From IMG/VR virus record IMGVR_UViG_3300021255_004486: a stretch of 64,000 nt of DNA, one strand, 5' to 3'. The stretch's first letter is position 1. Every line of letters begins with the position of its first letter. The DNA comes from an uncultured virus (IMG/VR IMGVR_UViG_3300021255_004486). Lineage: Duplodnaviria; Heunggongvirae; Uroviricota; Caudoviricetes. Made by a program: the position numbers and the translations under genes. Below are positions 48,863 to 59,589 of this stretch, one piece after another. The notes under the pieces were generated by a model. That model was given only the letters and a program-made list of their open reading frames with translations, was not told where the DNA came from and did no database searches.

Positions 48863-51282
48863 TTCTTCTCCTCGAATTTGAACTTTGTACCTTTCTTATC
48901 ATCGCTTAAGACAATCTCAGCGTTAAATGACTTACCCGATTTGCCCTTGAGACCGCGTATGAGCCCCGTAGAGCCACTATTAAAGAATTTTCCGATCTGT
49001 TCCTCGGTTAATGTCTTTCCGCACGTTGTCTTCCAAAATACGAAGCCACAAGCATCATCACATTTAAGTGTCCGTCCGGTATCAGCAAGTAGCTTTCCGC
49101 ACTTAGGGCAAGTGTACTCGGTAGATCTTGCCTCGGCTTTGACAAAATCAAACTTATGCTCCGCGAAATTGTACTTAAGCTCCTGCTCCCAGGTAGTAGA
49201 ACCTTTCTTGAGCATCTTCTTTATCGTTGCCCCGGTAAGCATTGTGGCGAACTCTTCATCAGTGATGGTGCTGTCGCATATCATCTTGTATGCGCCTATC
49301 CCGCAACCTTTCTCCTTATAGCCCGAGCAATAAAAGCCTTTGGGGCCCGATATGATGTCCATGCCACACTCGGGACATTTGGCTACTGTTGCAAACTTCT
49401 TACTCTCAAGCGGTGTCATTTTGGCATCCTTCATATCGGAGAGAAGACGATTTACATGGGATATCATTCCTTCTTCCAAGGCTGAAAGGGTAAGCTCACC
49501 GCGTCTTACAGCCTCTAACTTCTCCTCCCACTCACCGGTAAGATCTACCTTGCAGATGTCACAGTCTTTGATATTCTCATATATCCGCATACCTGCATCT
49601 GTAGGAACAATGTATTCAGTCTTCTTCTCTTTTGTTCTTTGAAGGTACTTGTCTCTCTTTATGAGTTCCTCTATGATAGAAGCCCTGGTCGCAGGAGTTC
49701 CTATCTTGAGATTCTTTCCAAGAGCCTTGTATTTACTGTCTTCAAGATATTTTGCCGGAGATTCACACATCTCAATAAGTGATGCATCCGTAAATCTCTT
49801 CGGGCACGTCGTGGTCTTTGACGTGATCTCGAAATCATCAACACTCAAAACATCACCGACACTATGCTCGGGAATGACCATATCGGTAAATTTGGTGCCG
49901 AATATCTCGCTAAACCCGGGCGAAACAAGAGTCTTTCCGGTACTCTTGAAATATTCTCCCGAAATATCGCACATCATCAGAGTCTTATCCTGCACAAGCG
50001 GAGGTAAGAAGATTGCGATAAACTGCCTACATACAAGCGTATATATCTTCTGTTCATCTTCCGACAGCTTGGTAAAATCGGGTTTTACAGCGGTGGGAAC
50101 AAGCGCAGAGTGGCCCGACTCGGTAAGAGCCTTATCGTTAACCCACTTCTTTGTGGATTTAACCTTACCTATGACCGCAGGATCAATTTTTGATATGAAT
50201 GGAGCAAGTTCGGGTACACACGATGCGGATTCTATCATCTTTGATAAGTTTTCACCGCTTGAAAGATACTCACAGTCTGTACGAGGATAAGACATATATC
50301 CCTTATCATAGAGAGACTGGATTATCGACAGAGTTTCGGATGCGTTATATCCCAATTTACCCGCTGCAATCTGCGCTGTAGCGAGCTTAAACAACTTCGG
50401 TGCAAGTGTCTCTACTCTCTTGGCCTTATAATCAGACACTCTTGCAGAGTTTGTGAGCTTGTCTCTGAATGCCTTTGCATCAGATTCATTGTCGAACCAC
50501 ACGATGCCGGCGGATTCATTGTCTTTGCCATCTTCATCAGCCTCTACAACTGTAGAGATATCGTAAAGATTGCCGCTAAAGCCCTCACTATAGTTCGCCT
50601 TTACCCCATAACAGGTAGACGGCTTAAAGTTCTCTATCTCCTTTTCACGCTTGCAGACAATGCTCATAATGGGCGTTTTAACACGTCCGCAAGCAACTCT
50701 TGAATTCATCTTAAGAGATGCAGCGCGAGAAAGATTCATACCGAATCTGTAGTCAGAATGCTGTCTGCCATAAGCCGCAGCCAACAGATTAACGAGCATC
50801 GGATCGTGTTCATCATCACGCAGATTCTTGAATGCATCGAGAACCTTGGCTTCCGTTGTATCATTAGACCAATAACGCTTTATCGGCAGTTTTGTGCCAA
50901 GAGCCGATAGAACTATCCTTATGAGTAGTTCACCCTCCTGGTCGGGATCACCCGCGTTGATGATAAAATCATAACCGCCACTCTTTAACTCATCACGAAT
51001 AGCGTAGAAGCGCTCTTTGGATGTTAAGAACGTCCCGGTCTTCTTCTCTTCTATTACCTTATACTTCCAACCGCCGTGCTCTTCGGGATGGATAGGAAGT
51101 GTATCCCAACTCCAATCCTTTAACTCTTCATCGAGCTCATCCGGGGACTTTAATGTAAGAAGATGTCCGCGCTGATCCATAAACGTTACAGAATACGGTA
51201 TCTCGGACTTATGCTTGTTATACACATCTTCAAGCGTTCTCCTTAAACTGGGTTTCTCTGCTATCAGCAATGCTTTCTCCAT
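48859..51282 (-). CDS. topB: Type IA DNA topoisomerase III
   Basis: IAEKPS, GH, DPDQEGE, GRVKTP, SYPRTD, GTPATR, C-terminal Zn ribbons and KSGKSF repeat. Confidence 0.93.
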   Translation of the reverse strand: MEKALLIAEKPSLRRTLEDVYNKHKSEIPYSVTFMDQRGHLLTLKSPDELDEELKDWSWDTLPIHPEEHGGWKYKVIEEKKTGTFLTSKERFYAIRDELKSGGYDFIINAGDPDQEGELLIRIVLSALGTKLPIKRYWSNDTTEAKVLDAFKNLRDDEHDPMLVNLLAAAYGRQHSDYRFGMNLSRAASLKMNSRVACGRVKTPIMSIVCKREKEIENFKPSTCYGVKANYSEGFSGNLYDISTVVEADEDGKDNESAGIVWFDNESDAKAFRDKLTNSARVSDYKAKRVETLAPKLFKLATAQIAAGKLGYNASETLSIIQSLYDKGYMSYPRTDCEYLSSGENLSKMIESASCVPELAPFISKIDPAVIGKVKSTKKWVNDKALTESGHSALVPTAVKPDFTKLSEDEQKIYTLVCRQFIAIFLPPLVQDKTLMMCDISGEYFKSTGKTLVSPGFSEIFGTKFTDMVIPEHSVGDVLSVDDFEITSKTTTCPKRFTDASLIEMCESPAKYLEDSKYKALGKNLKIGTPATRASIIEELIKRDKYLQRTKEKKTEYIVPTDAGMRIYENIKDCDICKVDLTGEWEEKLEAVRRGELTLSALEEGMISHVNRLLSDMKDAKMTPLESKKFATVAKCPECGMDIISGPKGFYCSGYKEKGCGIGAYKMICDSTITDEEFATMLTGATIKKMLKKGSTTWEQELKYNFAEHKFDFVKAEARSTEYTCPKCGKLLADTGRTLKCDDACGFVFWKTTCGKTLTEEQIGKFFNSGSTGLIRGLKGKSGKSFNAEIVLSDDKKGTKFKFEEKK

Positions 51283-51295
51283 AATCTTCCTCTCT

Positions 51296-51586
51296 TTATG
51301 CCTGCATATCGAAGTATGAGCCTACGGCGCGCAGTATTTCATCGTTTGTGGCGGAGCCATCTATATCGAGATGAACACCGTATGCGCGACAAAGCACGCA
51401 TAATGTCGAATACAAGTCAAACCCACCGGTTCCGTCTGTATCGCAATCTGTTGCCAGATTTGCCCAGGCATCCTTAAATGACTTGAATTCGCCTATTAAC
51501 TCGTACATCTCATTCTCATCATCTTCTCTTAAACGTCTGGAAGCACAGCGGATACCGCCATCGATCTGATTTGAGTAAATAAACAT
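51296..51586 (-). CDS. Hypothetical protein (96 aa)
   Basis: AGGAG RBS before ATG 51586; first gene behind a bipartite motif. Confidence 0.6.
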   Translation of the reverse strand: MFIYSNQIDGGIRCASRRLREDDENEMYELIGEFKSFKDAWANLATDCDTDGTGGFDLYSTLCVLCRAYGVHLDIDGSATNDEILRAVGSYFDMQA

Positions 51587-51608
51587 AGCTCTCTCCTTTA
51601 AGTTCTTT

Positions 51609-51655
51609 AATATAAGAGTGTAAGATTGCAGTTTTACGTGTGTTTTCTGTACACG
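51609..51655 (-). promoter_or_regulatory. Bipartite motif copy (CGTGTACAGA-N25-CACTCTT)
   Basis: Minus strand reads cgtgtacagaaaacacacgtaaaactgcaatcttacactcttatatt. Confidence 0.75.
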
Positions 51656-51768
51656 CAAATTCATAAAATCTGAATCTCTATATTAAATATGGTAGTTAAC
51701 GTCTCTTAAATTCCCATAAATCTAACATCCTTAATACAACTAATGTGTTTCGTATAGGAGGAGATATT

Positions 51769-53442
51769 ATGCGGTGGATTAAAAGAGGAGCAGAGACTAC
51801 GATTAAAGAAGTAGTCCTGCGAAACATGGGCGTAAGCTCGACTGATGATATAAATGCCTGGTTTAAGAAGTCTATCGATAATGACTATAAGATCAAGGGA
51901 TTAAAAGAAGCGGTTGAGTATGCACTCAGTTTCAAAGATAAAAAGGTTACCATTTGCGGCGATTATGACGCAGATGGTGTAACGTCTACATCTATCTTGT
52001 ATATCGCTCTTAAGAGAGCAGGTTTTACCGATGTTCATTTCCGTATCCCGAAGAGATTCTCAGAAGGTTTCGGAATTAACACCACAATGATAGATGAAGC
52101 GGGTGAAGGGCTTATTATCACTTGTGACAATGGTGTGGCACAGCCCGATGTCATAAACTATGCCGTAGATAAAGGGCTTGCCGTTATAGTTACTGATCAC
52201 CACGAACCACTCGTAGTTGATGATGAAGTTGTTCTACCCAATGTAGAGCACATCATCGATCCGAACGCGATTGAGGGACAGGCAGACTTTAACGGATACT
52301 GTGGAGCAGGCATCGCCTATAAGTTCTCAATCGAACTTTTGGGAAAGAAATGCTCTGACTTACTCGCCCTTGCAGCTATTGGTACGGTTGCTGACGTAAT
52401 GCAGCTTCGGGAAGAAAACTACGTAATCGTTAGAAATGGTCTTAACGCCATATCTGAACGCAAGGTTTGTCCCGGTCTTGGTTGCCTCTTATCGGCATTG
52501 AGCATCAAGAAGTGCTATGCTCACGATATCGGATTTGGTATCGGCCCCGTTATCAATGCGTCGTCCAGACTTAACGATGATGGCGCAAAAGATGTTGTAA
52601 ACCTTTTTATCAGCAACGACTCTTACGCATTTAATGAGGCTGAACGTCTTGTTAACTTAAACACAAAGCGTAAAGAGTTAGGAAGAAATGGTCTTAAGAT
52701 GGCTAAAGCAGCGATCGAGGAGGAATGCCTCTTTGGAGATGTTCCGCTTACCGTATATGTACCGGGAGTACCCGAAGGCATAATTGGTATTATAGCGGGA
52801 AATCTTTGCGAGGAATACAAAGTTCCTGCGATTGTTGTAACGGATTCTGATGATGATACTCTTAAAGGCTCCGCAAGAAGCCCCGAGGGTTTTAACATCA
52901 AAGAGGCACTCGATAATGTAAGTGAACTGCTCATTAAGCACGGTGGTCATGCCGGTGCAGCGGGGTTATCGCTTAAAAAGAGTGACTTCTATAGTTTCCG
53001 CGAGGCTATCAAGGTAGATGATTACGAACCCGAGAGCGAAAATATCACGGACGTATATTATGACCTTGAAATTGACGCAAAAGACATTTCTTCTGCTCTT
53101 AAAGAATTGGAGAAGTACGAGCCCTTCGGCGAAGGAAACTCGGCACCCGTCTTTAAGATCAACGCTTTCTCCACGAGCCCGAGATATGGCAGCGTGAAGA
53201 AGCTCCAGGGTGAGAACCATATCAAACTCTACGGAGCATCTGCTACTGCTATAGGGTTTGGACTCTACGATAAGATTAAGGGTGAACCCAAATCACTCGA
53301 TCTTATTGGAAAGCTCTCATACAACTGCTTCAACGGCAATGTTGACGAGCAAGTTGAGTTTGTTGATTTTAATATCAACACGGTTGAAGGCGTTGTCACC
53401 CCTCTCGCATCCCGCTTGCGAGAACTCGCAACTGCAAAATGA
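51769..53442 (+). CDS. recJ: Single-stranded-DNA-specific exonuclease RecJ
   Basis: GDYDADG, EGFG, TCDNG, TDHH, GTVAD, GSARS, GGHAGAAG, EPFGEGN. Confidence 0.95.
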   Translation: MRWIKRGAETTIKEVVLRNMGVSSTDDINAWFKKSIDNDYKIKGLKEAVEYALSFKDKKVTICGDYDADGVTSTSILYIALKRAGFTDVHFRIPKRFSEGFGINTTMIDEAGEGLIITCDNGVAQPDVINYAVDKGLAVIVTDHHEPLVVDDEVVLPNVEHIIDPNAIEGQADFNGYCGAGIAYKFSIELLGKKCSDLLALAAIGTVADVMQLREENYVIVRNGLNAISERKVCPGLGCLLSALSIKKCYAHDIGFGIGPVINASSRLNDDGAKDVVNLFISNDSYAFNEAERLVNLNTKRKELGRNGLKMAKAAIEEECLFGDVPLTVYVPGVPEGIIGIIAGNLCEEYKVPAIVVTDSDDDTLKGSARSPEGFNIKEALDNVSELLIKHGGHAGAAGLSLKKSDFYSFREAIKVDDYEPESENITDVYYDLEIDAKDISSALKELEKYEPFGEGNSAPVFKINAFSTSPRYGSVKKLQGENHIKLYGASATAIGFGLYDKIKGEPKSLDLIGKLSYNCFNGNVDEQVEFVDFNINTVEGVVTPLASRLRELATAK

Positions 53443-53479
53443 AAAGAATTGAGGCTCTCGGGCCTCTTTTCTTTGCGCT

Positions 53480-53782
53480 TTAATATAGTAATACAATAAT
53501 AAAGTAATAATATATAATAACGTAATAATTTATGAACATCGTAAAATACTATAATAGTATCCTCATTATTTAATACGGTAATACAGTAATAACGTAATAA
53601 CATAGTATATAAATACGATAATAAAGTAATACATCAATAAAATAATAAAGGGATAAAATAATAGAATACTACGATATCAGAATAATAAATTATTAAAATA
53701 CGCTTGTAATAATAAAATAATTTATTATAATAGGATATAGGTTACATAATGTAGTAAAGTAATAACGTAGTAATTTATTAAA
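53480..53782. repeat. AT-rich degenerate repeat array, putative type Ib centromere/par operator
   Basis: Many (A/C)GTAATA and TAATAC units in both orientations, e.g. TAATAACGTAATAA twice, directly upstream of parA. Confidence 0.65.
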
Positions 53783-53794
53783 AGGAGAATTCAA

Positions 53795-54571
53795 ATGGCA
53801 AAAGAAGGAAAGGTAATAACCTTTATCAACGAGAAAGGCGGTATCGGTAAGAGTAGTAGTTGCTTTAACGTGGCTTGGGAGATGTCGAAGCGTAAAAAGA
53901 TACTTCTTATCGATCTGGACGGTCAGAAGGCAAATCTCACATTCTTTACAGGCGTTGAGAAGACAGGTGGCATGATAACGATGGTAAACGTCTTATCGGA
54001 AGACAGAGATGTACACGATGCCATAAAAGAGGTTAAAAAGAATCTCTACATCGTCCCGGCAAACACAAGCGTTACCGATTTATCTCAGAAGATAAGAATT
54101 ACCAAAATGAAGCACGTTGTAGAGACTCTTAAGAGCGAATATGACTACATATTCATCGACGTAAACCCGACTCCGAACTGGTCTCACGTACTTTCATTAA
54201 GTGGAAGCGACTACGCCATTATCCCAATGTTGCCGGATATCGCTTCGTTAGAGGCAAATAAGGGTATAGCAGAGAGTATCGAAGAAGTACAGATGACCAC
54301 AAACTCAAAGCTTAAAACCCTGGGTATTCTGTTTAATAAGAATACAAACAGAACAAATTTGTCAAAACAAGTTAAGGCAGTCGCCGACAAGGTCGCAGCT
54401 CAGCTTGGCACAACAGTGTTTGAGACAAAAATCCGTGATGCCGTTGCATTGAGCGAGAATATCGGTTTACACATGGGAGTAACCGAATATAACCCCAAAT
54501 CCGCTGTTGCGGGCGATATCGTAGAGTTATGCAAAGAGATTGAGAGGAGGATTAAGAAATATGAAGTATAA
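53795..54571 (+). CDS. parA: ParA/Soj partition ATPase
   Basis: NEKGGIGKS, IDLDGQ, YDYIFID, KIRDAVALSE. Confidence 0.93.
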   Translation: MAKEGKVITFINEKGGIGKSSSCFNVAWEMSKRKKILLIDLDGQKANLTFFTGVEKTGGMITMVNVLSEDRDVHDAIKEVKKNLYIVPANTSVTDLSQKIRITKMKHVVETLKSEYDYIFIDVNPTPNWSHVLSLSGSDYAIIPMLPDIASLEANKGIAESIEEVQMTTNSKLKTLGILFNKNTNRTNLSKQVKAVADKVAAQLGTTVFETKIRDAVALSENIGLHMGVTEYNPKSAVAGDIVELCKEIERRIKKYEV

Positions 54572-54902
54572 CATAGCAGAAGAAGACTACGAGATCAATC
54601 AGACACCCAAAGAGCTAAAACCAAAGGCTGCAACAACTGAGCCCGCAAAGGATGAAGCTCCTGCCCCGGCACCCAAATCTGCACCCACACCCGCTCCACA
54701 GAAAGAATCACGCGTAGGCCGTCCGTCAAAGAACGCATTTAGGACATCTATAGCAGTCGAAGGAGATCTGCTTGGCGTTATAGACGCAGGCGCAGGATGC
54801 AAGTACAAGGGTAATAAATCCGCTTATATTAACGCTCTTATCAGAAAAGACTATGAAGAAAACAAGAGCATCTACGATGAATTCATCAAACTGATGCGAT
54901 AA
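54561..54902 (+). CDS. Type Ib centromere-binding adaptor (ribbon-helix-helix-like)
   Basis: Overlaps parA; flexible P/A-rich N-terminus, GRP, RTSIAV strand and KSAYINALIRKD helix. Confidence 0.7.
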   Translation: MKYNIAEEDYEINQTPKELKPKAATTEPAKDEAPAPAPKSAPTPAPQKESRVGRPSKNAFRTSIAVEGDLLGVIDAGAGCKYKGNKSAYINALIRKDYEENKSIYDEFIKLMR

Positions 54903-55106
54903 GCAGGCTTATATAAGCATATCTATAAATACCTTTTGTCTATTATTTAGGCAGAAGGTATTTTTATGTCCAAAACCGCATAAAATGGGCACTTGTGACA
55001 AACACATATTAAATTGCCGTGTACAGAGACTCCGTGAAAGAAAATTTTAAGAAATTCTAACTATCATACTTATTTTATAAGAAGTTTTCACAAAAGGAGA
55101 ACGACA

Positions 55107-56327
55107 ATGAATACGAAAAATCTTACTAAAAAGGCAATCATCACTGCAATGGCTTGCATTTTACTGTTAACCGGATGCGGATCAAGCAGTAGCGCGTCTC
55201 CATCCTCATCGTCAAACACGACAGAGACAGCCACATCTTATGCGTCAATCTTAAAAGATGGCGTATATTACGTGCGGTCGCAGGCGGATATGTCCTGTAC
55301 ACCGGTTTATTTCGGTAAGGCCACATTTGAGCCCGATACCGTCCCGAATTCATCAAATCCCGAGCACGTTATGTGGTTTAAGGATGATTTTGATGCAATC
55401 CCGACTCTTTATTCGGGTGACTCACTCATTTATTACACCGAGGGTGAACTGGATGAGAAGATGGTATTTGAGAGATTCGAAGATTACGGCTATACCGTAG
55501 GATTATGCGGTCTCGAACGTCTTAAATCCGGCAGATACAAGATATCGACAGATGTGAAAGATAAATGCACGTATCCCGATGGAGATACTGATGAGATCAT
55601 AAAATACACAAACGGCGAGATTATACTGGACTACGTAAATACTCTCGCAATCCGTGCAGATGTCGAAAATAAGGATAATCCCGATCCTTATCTATCAGCA
55701 AGTGGTACGCTTATAATGCTCGCAAAGGATAAATACTATCCATTTTATCTGTATGAAGGCACTATCGAGCACGAATGCACTTTCCAGGCTTGTGTCAGAG
55801 CTATGGGCTCTATGGATTTAACCACATCTTATGACTATGAATTCACTCACGACGGGATCATAGAGATTAAGATACCCGAGTGGTTCAACACCGGTTATTA
55901 CGTAATTAACGGAACCGGAATGTTCAGATATGTCAAAGGTTCACACTGGGATGAAGATACAAACTTCAATATTCCCAACAAAGATCCCAACAAAAAGACC
56001 AATGATGGACAGGTAGAAGTACCCGTTGAAGACTCAACTGCTGCTGTTACGCCAACAGTCGATCCGATAAAAGAGACTGAGAAGACTGAGAATACATTCC
56101 AGGTCAATACTGTAGGCGAAGTTACTGTTGATGTGTCTTTTACAAGCAAAACAGAAACAGACCACAGCACTGTAGTTGGTATCATCCACACACCATCCGG
56201 CGGCAATATATCGCTTATATATGACGGAAATAACGGCTTAACAAAGACATTTAACGCAGAAGCCGGCACATATTCGATCACATACTTTGATTTAGGCGAC
56301 AGAACACCCAATGTCACACTCAGATAA
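55107..56327 (+). CDS. Lipoprotein
   Basis: Lipobox LTGC followed by a Ser-rich linker. Confidence 0.8.
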   Translation: MNTKNLTKKAIITAMACILLLTGCGSSSSASPSSSSNTTETATSYASILKDGVYYVRSQADMSCTPVYFGKATFEPDTVPNSSNPEHVMWFKDDFDAIPTLYSGDSLIYYTEGELDEKMVFERFEDYGYTVGLCGLERLKSGRYKISTDVKDKCTYPDGDTDEIIKYTNGEIILDYVNTLAIRADVENKDNPDPYLSASGTLIMLAKDKYYPFYLYEGTIEHECTFQACVRAMGSMDLTTSYDYEFTHDGIIEIKIPEWFNTGYYVINGTGMFRYVKGSHWDEDTNFNIPNKDPNKKTNDGQVEVPVEDSTAAVTPTVDPIKETEKTENTFQVNTVGEVTVDVSFTSKTETDHSTVVGIIHTPSGGNISLIYDGNNGLTKTFNAEAGTYSITYFDLGDRTPNVTLR

Positions 56328-56337
56328 AGGAGAGATT

Positions 56338-58191
56338 ATGGATATTGAACAAACACTGCTTGATAGCAAGAAAATCAACATTAAAATCCTCAAGGTGACC
56401 GAAGCCGAAGGCCTTAAACAGATCGAGGCTGAACGTCCATCTGTAGACAATTCCATAGAAATAATGCCCTGGGCGGTCGGAACGCCCTATAAAGAAGTCG
56501 CAGAGACCGTTATCCCGGATAAGAATGCGCCGTGGAGTGCTCCGCTGTTTTATTCGACAAGCATGCATAAAACCACGGTCGGCATCAGAAACGTCTGTAT
56601 AATGGCCCAGGAGTACCTTGAAGAGATGAAGAAGGATACTCCACTGGACGTATTGTCAATTAACGCTTGTATGGAAGACAATCGCGTTATCCTGCGTATA
56701 CTTGTTAGACAGTATATGGGCACATTCAACTTTACAGGGTTCTTTAACTATATCGATGATGACATTATCGAGGATATAGAGCCCGAAGAGCAGATAAGCA
56801 CCGGAAATCTTGTCATTCCCGACGAGATTGCATCTTTCAGTTATACAGAAGAGGAAGAGAAACAGCACGATATAGCCTTTAATAAACAACTCAAGGCATA
56901 CAATGAAGCGTCAAAAGAGCTTCCCTTCCTTAATCGCATTAAGGAGTATGTTCCCGAGGTTATGCGGACACCCGCAGACTCAATAGACTTGATATACGAC
57001 CTTAAGACAAGCGATATGAAGGTTGACACTATCGCCGATTATGAGCATTTCACCAAGATATTCCAGGAGATTATGACGTACGTAAACGGCGTTGAGTATT
57101 ACCACTACGTTAACGTAATCCTTGGAGAAGAGTCTGAGAACTCATTCATGGAGTTCCTTGAAGACTACGTCAATCAGACATACGTTAAAACATCACGACT
57201 CGACAGCGAAGATGTTCCGGCGATGATGAAGAAGCTCTACAGGGCTTTATTCCAACTCTACGTTATCCAGGATTTAATTGACGATCCACAGGTCACCGAT
57301 ATCAAGATTACCGCTCCAAACGCCATAAGAGCAAGGATAGATGGTAAGGCATACATCTCAAATATCGAATTTATCGATGTAAACGACTATTTGAGGTTCG
57401 TCAACAGTATAGCCATAAGAAACGGTATCAGACAGACTATCCCCGAGCAAACATTTACAGATACACGCGATGAGAACTATATTTTACGTTTCTCCATCAC
57501 CGCAGCATACGTAAACTCCGTTCCCTGGCCGTATCTGCACATCCGTAAGATAGACAGACAGAAGCCGTTATCAGCCGATCTTATAAAAGCAGGCATGTTT
57601 GATGAAAAGATACGCGATTATCTGCTTGATTGCGGACGTACAAGCCGTGGAGTGGTATTTGCAGGGCCTCCCGGATCTGGTAAGACGGTTTGCCTTAACT
57701 GGTTTCTTGAGGAAGCATACGAGCAATCAGCGGAAATCCTTGTTATACAGGAAAACGACGAGTTGTTCGCATACAGAAAAGGCGTTATGTTCCAACACGT
57801 AGTTAATTACTCCGCTCGTGATGAGATGCCTGTAAATCTCGAACAGCTCGGACAGCTCGCACTGGTAGCCGGTGCCAACGTATTCATCATAGGTGAGGCA
57901 AAAGGCGCGGAAATATGCTCTGCTATCACGCTTTCCAACTCGGGATGCCGTACAGCGATCACCATTCACAGTCCTTCGTCTACGGAAACCATTGACAAAA
58001 TGGCAGACTTGGCACTCAGAGGATATGCAAACGATATAGACCAGGCAAAGCGTATGCTTAAGTCGTTCCAGACTATCGTGTATCTTGAAGGATTTAAGAT
58101 AAGAGAGATATCCGAGATTACCGGATACAACGAAGAAAGACACGAGATGGAATATCGATACATATACCGCCGGGGTGCAGATTCAGAGTAA
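56338..58191 (+). CDS. CpaF/TadA/VirB11-family secretion ATPase with long N-terminal extension
   Basis: DPQVTDI, IRK, Walker A GPPGSGKT, QENDEL, IIGEAKGAE, TIHS. Confidence 0.85.
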   Translation: MDIEQTLLDSKKINIKILKVTEAEGLKQIEAERPSVDNSIEIMPWAVGTPYKEVAETVIPDKNAPWSAPLFYSTSMHKTTVGIRNVCIMAQEYLEEMKKDTPLDVLSINACMEDNRVILRILVRQYMGTFNFTGFFNYIDDDIIEDIEPEEQISTGNLVIPDEIASFSYTEEEEKQHDIAFNKQLKAYNEASKELPFLNRIKEYVPEVMRTPADSIDLIYDLKTSDMKVDTIADYEHFTKIFQEIMTYVNGVEYYHYVNVILGEESENSFMEFLEDYVNQTYVKTSRLDSEDVPAMMKKLYRALFQLYVIQDLIDDPQVTDIKITAPNAIRARIDGKAYISNIEFIDVNDYLRFVNSIAIRNGIRQTIPEQTFTDTRDENYILRFSITAAYVNSVPWPYLHIRKIDRQKPLSADLIKAGMFDEKIRDYLLDCGRTSRGVVFAGPPGSGKTVCLNWFLEEAYEQSAEILVIQENDELFAYRKGVMFQHVVNYSARDEMPVNLEQLGQLALVAGANVFIIGEAKGAEICSAITLSNSGCRTAITIHSPSSTETIDKMADLALRGYANDIDQAKRMLKSFQTIVYLEGFKIREISEITGYNEERHEMEYRYIYRRGADSE

Positions 58192-58200
58192 ATCACCAAG

Positions 58201-58225
58201 AGGGCTTGTGTAATGCAAGCCCTTT
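58201..58225 (+). terminator. Stem-loop, possible terminator
   Basis: AGGGCTTG/CAAGCCCT stem followed by TT. Confidence 0.5.
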
Positions 58226-58244
58226 AATTTAAGGAGATGATAAT

Positions 58245-59390
58245 ATGAAGGTAGTAAACATCAACGCCCGGATCGATAAATCGGGCAAACACAATGACAG
58301 AAACTTTAATACCGAGAATGTAAAGCACATCGACGACTCTCGCTCTTCTCAGAATATATATTACACATACAACGGGGATACAGAGCATACCTTCGCAGAG
58401 ATTGAGGAGATGTTCTATGAAGAACACTTTGCCGAAAAACTCGCAGCACAGAATGCCCGGAATAAGGCAACAGGACACCCCGAGAGAAATATGACCGCTC
58501 GGGAGTATTGTCACAGCAAACTATCACGCCCCGAAGATAAGATACTCCAAATAGGCGATATGCGTGAGCATGCCACCGGAGAGGAACTGTGGGAATGCGC
58601 TCTCGAATATAAAGATAGATTCAATGAGCTGTACGGAGATCACTGTGTAATACTTGATATGGCGCTGCATTTGGATGAGGCCACACCCCATGTTCATGTA
58701 AGGCGCGTGTGGCTTGCCGAAGACGAGAACGGGATGGAAATGGTAAACCAGACCAAAGCGCTTGAACAGTTGGGAGTACCAAGACCTAACGGAGATGAGC
58801 CACCCAATAGACTCAACAACGCCAAGATAACATTCACCTATGCAGATCTTGAGCTGTTCAGAAATATATGCATAGAGAAAGGCCTTGATATTGACGCGCC
58901 AAACCCTCAAAAGGCGGTACATTTGGATACTCTGACATTCAAAAAGAAGAAGATATCCGAAGAGATTGAAGAGTTAGAAGAGCGTCTATCCACTCTAAAG
59001 AAGCAGATCGGCGATGTAGACAAGGCAGAAGAAGTCTCCGAAGAGCTTCAGAGCACAATGGATAAAGTTATTGATTACTTCAACAACGAGCCTTTCTTCC
59101 TGGATACATTTGGAGATGAGATAGAAGAAGCAAAGAAGAAAGCAACCCGAGCCGAACAGTTTGAGGCACTGGCCAATCTCTACAAGAAAGCGATGGAAAA
59201 CCAAATAGAGAGTACAGAGTCCATCGAGGTTACAGTAGCAAAGACCAAGGCACAAAGGGAAATAAATACGCTCAAGCGCTTCATTAAAGCAGAGGGATTG
59301 ATGGAAAAGTATATGTCTTTTGCCCAGGACGAGCAAACAAAACCACAATCAAACGAGCGTGAATTTGCACCGCAAAGAAGTTTCTTCTGA
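58245..59390 (+). CDS. MOBV (Mob/Pre) family relaxase
   Basis: HNDR motif I, ID..RS..N, and LHLDEATPHVH (HxDExxPHxH); coiled-coil C-terminus. Confidence 0.88.
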   Translation: MKVVNINARIDKSGKHNDRNFNTENVKHIDDSRSSQNIYYTYNGDTEHTFAEIEEMFYEEHFAEKLAAQNARNKATGHPERNMTAREYCHSKLSRPEDKILQIGDMREHATGEELWECALEYKDRFNELYGDHCVILDMALHLDEATPHVHVRRVWLAEDENGMEMVNQTKALEQLGVPRPNGDEPPNRLNNAKITFTYADLELFRNICIEKGLDIDAPNPQKAVHLDTLTFKKKKISEEIEELEERLSTLKKQIGDVDKAEEVSEELQSTMDKVIDYFNNEPFFLDTFGDEIEEAKKKATRAEQFEALANLYKKAMENQIESTESIEVTVAKTKAQREINTLKRFIKAEGLMEKYMSFAQDEQTKPQSNEREFAPQRSFF

Positions 59391-59410
59391 CAATAACCAT
59401 CATATCAAAC

Positions 59411-59440
59411 AAGGACATCGGAGCAATCCGGTGTCTTTTT
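59411..59440 (+). terminator. Rho-independent terminator
   Basis: AAGGACATCGGA/TCCGGTGTCTTT stem followed by Ts. Confidence 0.7.
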
Positions 59441-59444
59441 ATGT

Positions 59445-59589
59445 GTGGCAACATAGAAGCCACGCATAGCATAATTGTACGTTGTCAATATAATGACAAT
59501 GTATACTGTGGCAATATAGAAGCCACGTTACCCAAAATTAGGGTGTGGCACTATAATGACAACGTGATACGTGGCAATATAGAAGCCAC
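59445..59589. repeat. Phased palindromic array 1 (63-bp period)
   Basis: GTGGCAAYATAGAAGCCAC at 59445, 59508, 59571; interleaved KTGKCA-N6-TGACAA at 59482 and 59545. Confidence 0.85.
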
